The notes below the pieces were generated by a model. That model saw only the letters and a list, made by a program, of their open reading frames with translations. It made no database searches and had not been told where the DNA came from. Position numbers and translations under genes: made by a program. DNA of 64,000 bases. It comes from Aulosira sp. ZfuVER01. Its GTDB lineage: Bacteria > Cyanobacteriota > Cyanobacteriia > Cyanobacteriales > Nostocaceae. The stretch's first letter is position 1. Each line of letters opens with the position of its first letter. Where the stretch lies: contig JAVRCV020000004.1 in NCBI GenBank assembly GCA_034530615.2, positions 64,001 through 128,000 on the forward strand, in the 5' to 3' direction. Of the stretch, positions 1 to 11,127 are shown piece by piece.

Positions 1-1
1 G

Positions 2-562
2 AAGGCTTCGCGAGTACCAGTCATGGTAGCCGCTTATCGTCTAATTGCCAAACGTATGGATGAGTTGGGAATGGATTATCCCCTGCATTTGGGCGTTACT
101 GAAGCCGGAGATGGGGAATACGGGCGGATTAAATCTACAGCTGGCATTGCCACATTGCTGGCTGATGGCATTGGCGATACAATTCGAGTCTCGCTTACAG
201 AAGCACCAGAAAAAGAAATTCCCGTCTGCTACAGCATTCTGCAAGCTTTAGGATTGCGGAAAACTATGGTAGAGTATGTCGCTTGTCCCTCCTGCGGACG
301 CACTTTGTTTAACTTAGAAGAAGTGCTGCATAAAGTCCGGGAAGCAACCAAACATTTAACAGGGCTAGACATAGCAGTGATGGGTTGTATTGTAAATGGC
401 CCTGGTGAAATGGCAGATGCTGACTATGGCTATGTAGGCAAAACTCCTGGTTATATTTCTTTATATCGTGGCAGAGAAGAAATTAAAAAAGTCCCAGAAG
501 ATAAAGGCGTAGAGGAATTGATTAACCTCATTAAGTCAGATGGACGCTGGGTAGAACCTTAA
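2..562 (+). CDS. ispG: 4-hydroxy-3-methylbut-2-en-1-yl diphosphate synthase, 3' part (gene starts before the window)
   Basis: [24 protein letters not shown] and [12 protein letters not shown]e-S motifs; frame open from position 2. Confidence 0.95.
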   Translation, partial: KASRVPVMVAAYRLIAKRMDELGMDYPLHLGVTEAGDGEYGRIKSTAGIATLLADGIGDTIRVSLTEAPEKEIPVCYSILQALGLRKTMVEYVACPSCGRTLFNLEEVLHKVREATKHLTGLDIAVMGCIVNGPGEMADADYGYVGKTPGYISLYRGREEIKKVPEDKGVEELINLIKSDGRWVEP

Positions 563-708
563 AATTTTCGTAACGGCGACCATAACGGTCGCCGGATCGT
601 CGAGTATTTTGCTGTAATAAGAATACATGCTCGTCTGTTACAGTGATACCCTGTGTTAGATTGAGCATACTGACTATACAAAATTTTTCCTCTGGCGCAG
701 CTGTCATT

Positions 709-1992
709 ATGGTGATTACAAAAAGTAAGCTGGTTTTGGGTGCTACGGCAGTGACGCTCTCAACTATTGCTATTACGAGCCTTGGCATTCATTCACGAGG
801 TCAGGCTTTAAATAATAGTCCCAAGGAATTGATAGACGAAGTTTGGCAAGTTGTGCAGCGCCAATACGTAGACGGTACTTTTAATCAGGTAGATTGGCAG
901 GCTGTACGGAAGGAGTATTTAAATAAGTCTTACAGTAATAAAGAGGAAGCCTATAAGTCCATCCGGGAAATGCTGAAAAAGCTGGATGACCCGTACACCC
1001 GGTTCATGAACCCAGAGGAATTTAAAAATATGCAAGTTGATACCTCTGGAGAGTTAACAGGCATTGGTATCACAATCAGTCAGGATGAAAAAACGAAGCA
1101 GCTAGTTGTAATTGCTCCCATTGAGGATACTCCAGCATTTAAGGCTGGAATTTTGGCTAAGGATGAAATTCTCAAAATCAACAGCAAAACTACTGAGGGA
1201 ATGGATACTAACCAGGCAGTATCCCTAATTCGCGGTGAAGCTGGAACGAAGGTAAAACTAACTATTCGCCGTAGTGGTCAAATCAAAGATTTTGAAATTA
1301 CACGGGCACGCATTGAAATCCATCCGGTGAAGTTCTCGCAAAAACAGACTCCTGCGGGGAATGTTGGTTACATTCGTCTGAACCAGTTCAGTGCTAATGC
1401 TGGCAAGGAAATGCAAAATGCCATCAAAAATTTAGAATCTAAACAAGTTGCTGGTTATGTTTTGGATTTGCGTGGCAATCCTGGTGGTTTACTGTTTTCA
1501 AGTGTGGAAATAGCTCGGATGTGGCTGAATAAAGGAACAATCGTATCTACTATTGACCGTCAAGGTGAGCAAGAGCGAGAAATAGCCAATGGACGTGCTT
1601 TGACTGATAAACCGTTGGTGGTTTTGGTTGATAAAGGTTCAGCCAGTGCCAGTGAAATCCTATCTGGAGCTTTGCAGGACAACAAACGTGCTACTTTGGT
1701 GGGAAGTCAAACATTTGGCAAAGGCTTGGTACAATCAGTGCGCCCTCTAGAAGATGGCTCAGGATTAGCAGTGACGATCGCTAAATACCATACTCCTAGT
1801 GGTAAAGATATTAATAAGCATGGGATTGACCCAGATGTGAAGGTGGATTTGACCGATGCTCAAAGGCAAGATTTATGGTTAAACGAGCGTGACAAACTTG
1901 CTACTCTCAAAGATCCGCAATTCGCTAAGGCAGTAGAAGTGCTAGGCAAGCAAATTACTGCTAGGGCCACTACAAGTGCTGAAAAAAATTAA
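709..1992 (+). CDS. ctpC: S41 carboxyl-terminal processing protease with PDZ domain (CtpC-like; paralog assignment tentative)
   Basis: DPYT, GIG-PDZ, DLRGNPGG, SASASEI (catalytic Ser), TFGKG (catalytic Lys); ATG at 709 preferred over GTG at 643. Confidence 0.85.
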   Translation: MVITKSKLVLGATAVTLSTIAITSLGIHSRGQALNNSPKELIDEVWQVVQRQYVDGTFNQVDWQAVRKEYLNKSYSNKEEAYKSIREMLKKLDDPYTRFMNPEEFKNMQVDTSGELTGIGITISQDEKTKQLVVIAPIEDTPAFKAGILAKDEILKINSKTTEGMDTNQAVSLIRGEAGTKVKLTIRRSGQIKDFEITRARIEIHPVKFSQKQTPAGNVGYIRLNQFSANAGKEMQNAIKNLESKQVAGYVLDLRGNPGGLLFSSVEIARMWLNKGTIVSTIDRQGEQEREIANGRALTDKPLVVLVDKGSASASEILSGALQDNKRATLVGSQTFGKGLVQSVRPLEDGSGLAVTIAKYHTPSGKDINKHGIDPDVKVDLTDAQRQDLWLNERDKLATLKDPQFAKAVEVLGKQITARATTSAEKN

Positions 1993-2011
1993 AAATTGTA
2001 AATTTTATAAT

Positions 2012-2200
2012 TTATTGGGGTTGGCATTTGCCAGCCCTAATTAATCCGACACGACGGGCGATCGCTTCTCCTTGAGAAGAAAATGGCCCCCAGTGTTCTA
2101 TAATCTCTGGATTGTCTTCCCCAGCAATTAAGTTGCAGACTATTTCACAATAACCAGCAGGACGCTTCACAACATACCAGACTTCTGTTGACTCAGTCAT
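2012..2200 (-). CDS. small hypothetical protein
   Basis: ORF with WGPFSSQGEAIARRVGLIRAGKCQP, resembling a small protein I recall as conserved in cyanobacteria; ATG at 2200. Confidence 0.6.
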   Translation of the reverse strand: MTESTEVWYVVKRPAGYCEIVCNLIAGEDNPEIIEHWGPFSSQGEAIARRVGLIRAGKCQPQ

Positions 2201-2448
2201 GGAGATACAAAGTAAATTCAACTGTTAACTATACTTTTGCATATCAGCCATTATAGATTTAATAATCTCCTTAAAGTGCCGAATAGCCTATTTAGGGTTG
2301 GCATTATATCACAAAATCTCATTAAATAAAAAAATCAGGCTACCGCATCGGAATGCAAGCCTCACAAGCTAGAGTTTGTAGCCTGAACCATGTTGTAAAA
2401 TAGACTATAGAAGGATTCGGGGGACCATTTTACTGGTCAGAAACGCCT

Positions 2449-4194
2449 ATAGAGACTATCTACGGAAATCTCCAAGGTTTAAAATCTAGCCAGCTGAAGC
2501 AACTACAGCGGCTATATCACCAGCGCATACCGGGCGATAGCATAAGTACGTCCGAATTTTCCCAGCGTTTGGCAGCAATTAGTACAGAAATCAATCAGCC
2601 TGTGTGTGCCTACCTCAACCGTCGCGGACAAGTGATTCGTGTAGGGGTAGGCACACCGCGTCAAACGCAAATCCCACCGTTAGAATTGCCCCGTTATGGT
2701 GCAGAACGACTTAGTGGGATTCGTTGCATAGCCACTCATCTGAAGCCAGAACCGCCAAATGAAGCGGCATTGACGGCTATGGCCCTGCAACGGTTAGATG
2801 CTTTGGTGGTACTCAATATTACCGGAACAGGATTTACTCGCCGAGGAGGCGGCGCTACTGGGTACGTCAAAGAAGCTTATTTAGCTCATCTGACACCCCA
2901 AGAGTCTCAGACTATGCTAGCCAGTGCAGCTTTATCTAAAGTCGGGTCGAGTGCTGTCCAATCTCCCAGCTGGAGCGTATCACCGCCTCTGAGCTTGGAT
3001 GAACTGACACAGCAAGATTTTATAGATTTAGTAGAAAATCTGGAAGCAGAATTTCAACGCGAATTTGTTGCCCAGCAAGTAGATATTGACCACGATCGCG
3101 TGCTAATTGTGGGAGTAATGACAGATGATCTGACTCCTCTAGCATTCCACGATACGTTAGCGGAATTGGCACGCTTGGTAGATACAGCTGGGGGCGATGT
3201 ATTGCAAACAGTACAACAAAAGCGATCGCGTATTCATCCCCAAACAGTAGTCGGTGAAGGTAAAGTTCAAGAAGTCGCCCTGACTGCCCAAACTTTGGGG
3301 GCAAATCTTGTTGTATTCGACCGCGACCTTTCACCCGCCCAAGTCCGTAACTTAGAAGCACAGATTGGTGTGCGGGTAGTTGACCGTACCGAAGTAATTC
3401 TAGATATATTTGCTCAACGCGCTCAATCTCGTGCTGGTAAGTTACAAGTAGAATTGGCGCAGCTAGAATATATGCTGCCACGACTGACTGGTAGAGGGCA
3501 AGCGATGTCCCGCTTAGGTGGTGGTATAGGTACTCGGGGCCCTGGTGAAACCAAACTAGAAACTGAACGCCGTGCCATTCAGCGGCGCATTTCTCGATTG
3601 CAACAAGAAGTTAACCAGTTGCAAGCACATCGTTCTAGATTACGTCAGCGCCGACAGCACCGGGAAGTTCCCTCGGTGGCTTTGGTTGGTTATACAAACG
3701 CTGGCAAATCCACCTTGTTGAATGCCCTCACTAATGCTGAAGTTTACACAGCTGACCAGCTATTTGCGACTCTTGACCCCACCACGCGGCGCTTGGTGAT
3801 TCCCCATGCCGAGACAGGTGAACCCCAAGAGATTCTACTGACAGATACAGTAGGGTTTATACACGAATTGCCTGCCTCATTAATGGATGCCTTCCGCGCT
3901 ACCTTGGAAGAAGTCACAGAAGCCGATGCTTTACTACATTTGGTCGATTTATCTCATCCAGCTTGGTTGAGTCATATTCGCTCAGTTAGAGAAATCTTAG
4001 CTCAAATGCCAGTGACTCCAGGCCCTGCATTGGTTGCTTTTAACAAGATAGACCAGGTCAATAGCGAAACCTTAGCTTTAGCCAGGGAAGAGTTTCCTCT
4101 AGCAGTATTTATTTCGGCTAGCCAGCGCTTAGGATTAGAAACCCTACGCCATCGCTTAACCCAACTAATTCAATACGCTGTTGACTCTAGGTAA
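2449..4194 (+). CDS. hflX: ribosome-associated GTPase HflX, probable non-canonical ATA start
   Basis: GGGIGTRGPGETKLE, G1 GYTNAGKS, G2 FATLDPT, G3 DTVG, G4 NKID; frame is open upstream of TTG 2569 to ATA 2449 (IETIYGNLQGLKSSQLKQLQRLY). Confidence 0.93.
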   Translation: METIYGNLQGLKSSQLKQLQRLYHQRIPGDSISTSEFSQRLAAISTEINQPVCAYLNRRGQVIRVGVGTPRQTQIPPLELPRYGAERLSGIRCIATHLKPEPPNEAALTAMALQRLDALVVLNITGTGFTRRGGGATGYVKEAYLAHLTPQESQTMLASAALSKVGSSAVQSPSWSVSPPLSLDELTQQDFIDLVENLEAEFQREFVAQQVDIDHDRVLIVGVMTDDLTPLAFHDTLAELARLVDTAGGDVLQTVQQKRSRIHPQTVVGEGKVQEVALTAQTLGANLVVFDRDLSPAQVRNLEAQIGVRVVDRTEVILDIFAQRAQSRAGKLQVELAQLEYMLPRLTGRGQAMSRLGGGIGTRGPGETKLETERRAIQRRISRLQQEVNQLQAHRSRLRQRRQHREVPSVALVGYTNAGKSTLLNALTNAEVYTADQLFATLDPTTRRLVIPHAETGEPQEILLTDTVGFIHELPASLMDAFRATLEEVTEADALLHLVDLSHPAWLSHIRSVREILAQMPVTPGPALVAFNKIDQVNSETLALAREEFPLAVFISASQRLGLETLRHRLTQLIQYAVDSR

Positions 4195-4226
4195 CTACTA
4201 AAAAATAAACTTTTGTATTTTAGTTA

Positions 4227-4257
4227 AAATGCCGTAGTGAATATCACTACGGCATTT
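4227..4257 (+). terminator. perfect 14-bp hairpin after hflX
   Basis: AAATGCCGTAGTGA-ata-TCACTACGGCATTT. Confidence 0.7.
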
Positions 4258-4325
4258 GCTATTAAAGATAAAGAATATTTCTACTTCAATAAGCTGAAGC
4301 TAACCCGTCCCAAATACTAGCTCCC

Positions 4326-4997
4326 ATGACTACAGAACCCCAAATTTCGGTACAGCCCATAGAAACAGTTCAAATAGCAAATATTGATGTTCTGTCTTCT
4401 GACTATCTACAAATAGATAACTTTCTCACATTAGATGAACATCAGCAGCTACTCAACTATGTTCTTGAAAAAGAAGCAGATTTTGTTTCTACCAGTACTT
4501 CTACTAATGCGATGAATTATCGTCAATCATTGGTACTCTACTCATTTCCTAATTTTTCCGAACTCATCTTAAAGCGAATAGAAGCAATTGTACCTGATGT
4601 AATTACTAAATTAGGGCTACTATCATTTCCCCTAACTTATATTGAAAGCCAACTGACTGCACATAATGATGGCAATTATTACAAAATCCATAATGATAAC
4701 GGTAGTCCAGAAACTGTTCTCCGAGAACTCACTTACGTTTATTACTTTTATCGAGAACCTAAGCATTTTTTTGGCGGTGAATTGCTGATTTACAATAGTA
4801 AAATCTCCCATAATTTTTATGTAAATGCCGATTCGTTCAAAACAGTTGAGCCTCGCAATAACAGTATTGTCTTCTTCCTCAGCCGTTATATGCACGAAGT
4901 ACTTCCTGTTATTTGCCCCTCTAAAGCTTTTGCAGATAGTCGCTTTACTCTTAACGGCTGGATTAATCGAGCAGCAAATTCAAAGGAAATAGCATAG
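4326..4997 (+). CDS. 2OG-Fe(II) oxygenase (prolyl 4-hydroxylase-like)
   Basis: HxD (KIHND), GGEL, distal His (MHEV) and Arg (SRFTLNGW). Confidence 0.85.
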   Translation: MTTEPQISVQPIETVQIANIDVLSSDYLQIDNFLTLDEHQQLLNYVLEKEADFVSTSTSTNAMNYRQSLVLYSFPNFSELILKRIEAIVPDVITKLGLLSFPLTYIESQLTAHNDGNYYKIHNDNGSPETVLRELTYVYYFYREPKHFFGGELLIYNSKISHNFYVNADSFKTVEPRNNSIVFFLSRYMHEVLPVICPSKAFADSRFTLNGWINRAANSKEIA

Positions 4998-5335
4998 ATG
5001 AGTATTTGAGTATTGAACTAGTAAATACTTAACTCTCTTCTGATAAGAAATATATTTGTAAATAAATTTATGTACCAAAAAACAACCCGATCGAGAACAA
5101 TAGGGAATTTTACGGATATTTACATATTTGTTGTCACCGTGAAAATACTAAAGTCGTGTCAATAGACAATAAAAAAATTATATTTAGTGTTTAATTAAAT
5201 TTTAAATAAAGTTCTGCAATAACCGTAGACTGACTGCATTTTTTGTGCCAATTTATATTGATAATTACTTAATGCATCACGCTTAGTTTGAAATAGTTTA
5301 CTAGCCCTAGATTAAAACAGAGGGATTTAATCCGC

Positions 5336-6154
5336 ATGTCTCATGCATATTCCAAGCAATTATTAGGTTATCTCACCTACTTTGTATCAGCATTAGCTGT
5401 AGTTACTGCTGTGCAAATACCAAAAGCAAATGCTGCTACTATGACTTTTTCTGCGACAGGAACTAACTCAGCATCAGGTGGTGCTACTAATGCTCTGGGC
5501 GCATCAGTTGTCTTTGATGACTCACTTATCAGCCAAGGTAAATTGCAAGTCACCTTAACTAATACAGGGCCAGGCGCTACAGTACCTTCCGATATTCTGA
5601 CAGCTCTTTTCTGGGACATTACAGGAAATCCCACAGGTTTATCCTTGTCATCAGCCATAGCTCCAAAAGTAGTTGCCAACAATAGCGCTAGCACTACAAA
5701 TAATGTCGATCTTAAGGCTATAGATGAATGGAAATTGCCAAACACAGGCAATGGCTCAAAAGATCTCCCTGGGATAACCCAAAATTACGGTATAGGTACT
5801 GCCGGCTTAGGTATTTTCCAAGGAGGAGGAGGACAGCAATTCAATTACGGTATCATCAGCGGTTACGATAGTCCAAATCCAGCCGTGAAGGGAGGTACGT
5901 TCGTTAAAAACTCTGCCTCATTTGTTTTATCAGGTCTGTCTACTAGCTTTAATATCCAAAACATTAACAACGTTCGTTTCCAGTACGGTACAAGCTTAAG
6001 TGAACCTAGTCTTACAAAAAACCAAGGAACTTATTATACTCCACCACCACCACCACCTAAACAAGTACCTGAACCAAGTACAACGGCTGCGCTTGGGTTA
6101 TTGGCAGTGAGTACGCTGAAAGTGTTGAAAAAAAAGCCTCTCTTACAAGTTTAA
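5336..6154 (+). CDS. PEP-CTERM exosortase-sorted surface protein
   Basis: signal peptide ending ANA-A, Ser/Thr/Gly/Asn-rich body, PPPPPP linker, VPEP followed by hydrophobic helix and KKK. Confidence 0.85.
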   Translation: MSHAYSKQLLGYLTYFVSALAVVTAVQIPKANAATMTFSATGTNSASGGATNALGASVVFDDSLISQGKLQVTLTNTGPGATVPSDILTALFWDITGNPTGLSLSSAIAPKVVANNSASTTNNVDLKAIDEWKLPNTGNGSKDLPGITQNYGIGTAGLGIFQGGGGQQFNYGIISGYDSPNPAVKGGTFVKNSASFVLSGLSTSFNIQNINNVRFQYGTSLSEPSLTKNQGTYYTPPPPPPKQVPEPSTTAALGLLAVSTLKVLKKKPLLQV

Positions 6155-6180
6155 ATTCTACGCTTTGAGAGTCTGATACG

Positions 6181-6267
6181 GTGAAGCACCGGATACACAG
6201 TATTAGTTAACATACATCAAGATTAAAACCAGAACACATTGTCGCACCGTATCCGGTGCATCTTCAC
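6181..6267. repeat. short inverted-repeat element
   Basis: GTGAAGCACCGGATAC ... GTATCCGGTGCATCTTCAC arms. Confidence 0.5.
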
Positions 6268-6689
6268 TAAGTACCCGGAAAAATGACCAATTAGGTTGAT
6301 AAAACTAATTTTTAAAGCACTAGTAATTTGGAATTTCTGCTGATCTTAGATAAGTTAGAAATGACTTGAGGCATAAGTTTGACGGATAATAAAATAAAGA
6401 CTGAGTAGCGGTTAATACTTAAAATGAAATCGATGCACAAAAATAAACACCGTATAGTTGCTGAGGTTACTAGTATTTGAACTGGAATACTATTCAGTTA
6501 ATTAACAAACCTGGTGCAAAAATAACATTAGTCAACAGTCTGTAGCTAATAGTCTATCGACTATTGACTAACCTTTATTTGTGCAGATTTATTGGGCAAG
6601 TTTTGAAATTTAACCCAAAATTGAATAAAGCAGCTACAGCTAGTGCCAACGTTTTAAAATTAAGAATATTAAATCAAGTTGAGGAAGTT

Positions 6690-6962
6690 ATGGCTTCTAA
6701 GGTAGAAATTTATACCTGGAGAACTTGCCCATTTTGCATCCGGGCGAAAAATTTGCTGAATAAAAAGGGAGTGGAATTTATCGAATACAGCATTGATGGA
6801 GACGAGACAGCAAGGGCGAAAATGGCTCAAAGAGCAAATGGAAGACGCTCTTTACCACAAATTTTCATCAATGACAATCATGTTGGTGGTTGTGATGATA
6901 TTCATGCTTTAGAAAGTCAAGGCAAGCTAGATGAGCTACTAACTTCTAGTAGTAGCTTATAG
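6690..6962 (+). CDS. grxC: glutaredoxin 3
   Basis: CPFC active site, LPQIFI, GGCDD; GAGG before ATG 6690. Confidence 0.93.
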   Translation: MASKVEIYTWRTCPFCIRAKNLLNKKGVEFIEYSIDGDETARAKMAQRANGRRSLPQIFINDNHVGGCDDIHALESQGKLDELLTSSSSL

Positions 6963-7081
6963 AAGGATAAATTATTAGAATTACTCTTTCTGGCAACAAA
7001 AGTGAGTGTAAATCAGCTTAAACATCAGGGGATAATCTAAATTGAATAATGTTAAATTTCCTGGTGATTGAGGCAAAAAGC

Positions 7082-8062
7082 GTGAAACTGGCTTTTATCA
7101 TTGATCCCATCCATCTGCTTGACCCATGTCATGATACTAGTGTTGCTCTGATGGAAGCAGCGCAAATCCTAGGACACGAAGTTTGGGTAACGCAAGCTAA
7201 TCTTTTGAGTTTAGTAGAAGGTAAAGCCTGGGCTATCTTACAGCGTGTAGAACTAATACCAGTGCAGTTGGTGGAAGGACGCTATTTTGCAGTCAATCCT
7301 TGGTACAAGTTGAGCGAAGCCCAACCTTCTTTAACTTGTCTAGAAACAATGGATGCTGTATTTATGCGAACAGATCCACCAGTCAACGATTCCTACCTCT
7401 ATGCAACCTACATTCTGGATTACATTGACCAAAACAAAACCTTAGTAATTAACAGTCCCAAGGGTATCCGAGGCGCAAACGAAAAAATGTATGCCCTCCA
7501 GTTTATCAATGTAATTCCAGAAACCATAGTTAGTGCTGATAAGCAGGTTATCCGAAAATTTGTGGAAGCAAAAGGATCAACTGTACTCAAACCATTAGGC
7601 AACAAAGCTGGGGAAGGGATTTTATTTTTACAATCAAGCGATCGCAATTTCAACTCAATTGTTGAACTTAGTACTTTTCAAGGTCGAGTACCAGTTATGG
7701 TACAGACCTACTTACCACAGGCCAAAGACGGAGATAAAAGAATTATCCTACTTAATGGCGAACCAATTGGTGCCCTTAATCGCCTATCTAGTAGCAGTGA
7801 CTTTCGCAACAATATGGCAACTGGTGGTACAGTCGCTCAAACTGAAATTACTTCAAGAGAGCATGAAATTTGTGCCCAAATAGCCGAAAAATTGCGCCAA
7901 GACGGTTTAATTTTTGTAGGTATTGACGTTATCGGCGGTTATCTTACTGAAGTCAACGTCACCAGTCCAACTGGAGTTCGCGAGATTGACAGATTCAATG
8001 ATACTAGCCTTGGTCGTCGTGTCATTCTCTGGGTTGAGCAGACTCTACAAAGTAAAAAATAG
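7082..8062 (+). CDS. gshB: glutathione synthetase
   Basis: KLAFIIDP, MRTDPP, NEK, GDKRI, EVNVTSPTG; GTG start at 7082. Confidence 0.95.
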   Translation: MKLAFIIDPIHLLDPCHDTSVALMEAAQILGHEVWVTQANLLSLVEGKAWAILQRVELIPVQLVEGRYFAVNPWYKLSEAQPSLTCLETMDAVFMRTDPPVNDSYLYATYILDYIDQNKTLVINSPKGIRGANEKMYALQFINVIPETIVSADKQVIRKFVEAKGSTVLKPLGNKAGEGILFLQSSDRNFNSIVELSTFQGRVPVMVQTYLPQAKDGDKRIILLNGEPIGALNRLSSSSDFRNNMATGGTVAQTEITSREHEICAQIAEKLRQDGLIFVGIDVIGGYLTEVNVTSPTGVREIDRFNDTSLGRRVILWVEQTLQSKK

Positions 8063-8485
8063 AAATTATTTACCTTTTATAGTTTCTTCACATTCTACTT
8101 TCAGGGAAGCCTACACCTATGTAATATGCCCAACACCTAAGCAAACCTACACAAGCGAGTGTAGCCTTAGCTAGGTTAGTCTTCCCACTTTTTAGAAATA
8201 TGGCGATGGGAGCAAAGAAAGTAATAATTTTTTTCCAAACTCTCCATCCTTACAGTTTTATTCCAAACGTACTCTAGGACATCTGAGTTCAAACGACCCA
8301 TGCCCAAGTTCATTAGGTTTTGTGGTTAGCGTTGAAGAGTTTCGTCAGCAATTGGCTAGATCAGGGATGGATACGGAATTGCTGAACCCTGCCCTGAAGA
8401 AACTCAATACTTAGCAGTTTATATACAGCGCTCAACCCGACTTGAAAATTCCAATTTCATCTCCAATCCAAAATCCCAGTACCAC

Positions 8486-9775
8486 TTAATTCTTGGGTGG
8501 GTTACGTCGTCGCTGTAGAAAATCAGGAATATCTAATACAGGTTTTTCTTTTGGCTCTGCAATTGGTGTTGGGGGGCTAGCAGCAGGTGGCTGTGACATA
8601 GGACGCTTCGGGGGCTGTGCTGCAACCCTTGTGTTCGATACAGTTTGTTGTGGTGCTGCTTGTAGTTCGCCAGTAAACCCTGTTGCAATTACAGTAATAC
8701 GGACTTCACCTTGGAGCCTGTCATCAATCACCGCGCCAAAAATAATATTGGCGTTGGGATCAACCACTTCATAGATTGTTTCTGCGGCAGCATTCACTTC
8801 ATGCAAGGTGAGGTCACTACCACCAGTAATGTTAAAAACAACTCCTCTGGCTCCTTCTATAGAACATTCTAGTAAAGGTGAAGAAATAGCAGCGATCGCT
8901 GCTTCTCTAGCTCTTGATTTCCCTGAGCTAACTCCTATGCCCATCAATGCCGATCCTGCATCGGCCATCACAGCTCGGACATCGGCAAAGTCAACGTTTA
9001 CTAAACCAGGGATCGTGATGATGTCAGAAATTCCTTGCACCCCTTGACGTAGCACATCATCTGCATACCGAAAGGCTTCTTGCACAGGCGTTTGCTCAGG
9101 TATCACTTCCAACAGCTTATTGTTAGGGATAATAATAAGCGTATCTACCCTACTTTTTAGCCCTTCAATGCCTTGCTCTGCTTGACTAGTACGGCGGCGT
9201 CCCTCAAAAACAAATGGACGTGTGACAACGCCTACAGTGAGAGCGCCCATTTCTTTTGCTACTTCTGCAACAATTGGGGCTGCACCAGTTCCTGTGCCAC
9301 CTCCCATGCCAGCCGTGATAAATACTAGGTCAGCACCTTCCAAAGCTGTAGCGATTTCGTCCCTTGATTCCTCGGCTGCCTTTTGACCAATAGCCGGATT
9401 ACCACCTGCGCCTAAACCGCGTGTCAGTTTCTGTCCTATTTGTAACCGACTAGGAGCACCTGCCAGAGTCAAAGCTTGAGCATCAGTATTAATTGACCAA
9501 AACTCCACTCCACTGACATCAGATTCAATCATCCGGTTAACGGCATTACCACCACCGCCACCCACACCGATCACTTTAATGTTGGCAACCCGGCCCGGAA
9601 CAATCTCGCCAATTCTGTTAATTTCAGTAGTAATCTTCTTACTGTCATGATTTTGCCCAAAGTTAAGCCCCGAGTGATTAAAGGGATTAGTGGAGTTAAC
9701 AGCCAGTGAGAATCCTGACTGTCCCACAGATTGGGAGTTTTTATAGGTAAGCCCTTGGTTATTATCAAGTGTCAT
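8486..9775 (-). CDS. ftsZ: cell division GTPase FtsZ
   Basis: [17 protein letters not shown] tubulin signature, NVDFAD, C-terminal DIPDFL peptide. Confidence 0.99.
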   Translation of the reverse strand: MTLDNNQGLTYKNSQSVGQSGFSLAVNSTNPFNHSGLNFGQNHDSKKITTEINRIGEIVPGRVANIKVIGVGGGGGNAVNRMIESDVSGVEFWSINTDAQALTLAGAPSRLQIGQKLTRGLGAGGNPAIGQKAAEESRDEIATALEGADLVFITAGMGGGTGTGAAPIVAEVAKEMGALTVGVVTRPFVFEGRRRTSQAEQGIEGLKSRVDTLIIIPNNKLLEVIPEQTPVQEAFRYADDVLRQGVQGISDIITIPGLVNVDFADVRAVMADAGSALMGIGVSSGKSRAREAAIAAISSPLLECSIEGARGVVFNITGGSDLTLHEVNAAAETIYEVVDPNANIIFGAVIDDRLQGEVRITVIATGFTGELQAAPQQTVSNTRVAAQPPKRPMSQPPAASPPTPIAEPKEKPVLDIPDFLQRRRNPPKN

Positions 9776-11127
9776 TGGATTTGTGAAAGGTAGATAAACG
9801 ACTTTTTTAGGTGTTATTCACCTAAGAGTCAACTATAGTGTGGCACTGCCATAGATAATGACAGTGTTCTTTATTGTTCTCACTACTTCCAACCCTAACA
9901 GGATTGTCAGTGCGAAATTTCGCTACGGCATTAGCCAAGAACGCAGCCGTTCGCACAACCAGTTCTAAAGAAGTATACCTATATTTACTTAAAAATGATC
10001 TGTATAACTTCAACCAAAGATTAATATCTTCACTATTAGGTTGCCGATTGAGCTTGGTTTTTATTTGGCATTTCCAATGTTCTTCCTCTTTTATTACTAA
10101 TGATTTAGATTGGTCACTAATTTTACAACTAACAGTATTGATTTTTTTTGCTTTTCTCGCCACTTTTGGAATGTTAATTTTGTATATTTTATAATCTCCT
10201 TCCAAATAAAAATATCGGGAATAGAAATTATTGCTAATGTTAAACTTGGCTTCATCATCAAGACTTTGGTGCTTAAATATACATTTGAACACAGTATAAG
10301 TAACTCTACACCCAAAATTACACTCAGATAGCACAACTTGTAAAGACTTCTGACAACAAGTCTTGTTTGCTTTCAGAATATGGTTAACAAGTTTCACTAT
10401 TGAGTCTGATTGCACCTTATTACACAAAATTTACCCTCTAGTTATCTGTCTGTGGGTTTGGCTTCAGGAAGATTTTGCTTGTCAATTTTATAGAAAAACC
10501 CTAATTGATTAGCTGTTTGGTGTACCTTAACGCACATTGGTTGGACAAATATTCTACCCTATAGAAATCGTTACTGGTATCGTTGCAAAACACAGAGAAG
10601 TTCATAGCCAGGAGAGAATTTGTGCCGACTTTCCAAAAGCGAAGCTTACAGAACATAGGGCGAAGTTTCTCATTGCACCAAGGAACTTTAGCAATCCATC
10701 TTTGGTAATGATCTTTCTCACATAATTAATGACAGTACCTACTGTTGATCGTGCCGTAAGCTGAAATTGGAGTGTCTACACTAGTATCCTTGTTTTATAA
10801 ATTTAGATATTTTAGTGACAAACTCATGATTTTTTTCTTTTACGATCTGGGTTATTTTGAAAAACGCCTAGGCAAACAGTGCTTCTACACCATAAGCCAT
10901 CATTAATTTTTCAAAAATCTTGCACCCTCTCACTAAATGTTATGGTAAAAGCTGGGTTTGTTCTACTCCAAAAAGGAAGTTTTGTAAACAACCCACTGAT
11001 TTAGAGACAAGTTAATGCTGATTTTAGTGTTGGGTACTGAAAATCTAAAAAAATAATAAATATATTTACCAGCTTAAACTTCTTAATTTACTCAGATCCT
11101 TATACACATTAACCATGTTAGATATTT

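Noticed and set aside
2012..2221. transposase
   Set aside because: Too short, no DDE triad, no terminal repeats
8200..8470. possible gene remnant between gshB and ftsZ
   Set aside because: Some coding-like stretches but no family I can identify; needs BLASTX
9822..10427. 201-aa minus-strand ORF upstream of ftsZ and overlapping short ORFs
   Set aside because: No recognisable motifs, composition typical of AT-rich noncoding DNA, non-ATG start; not ftsA
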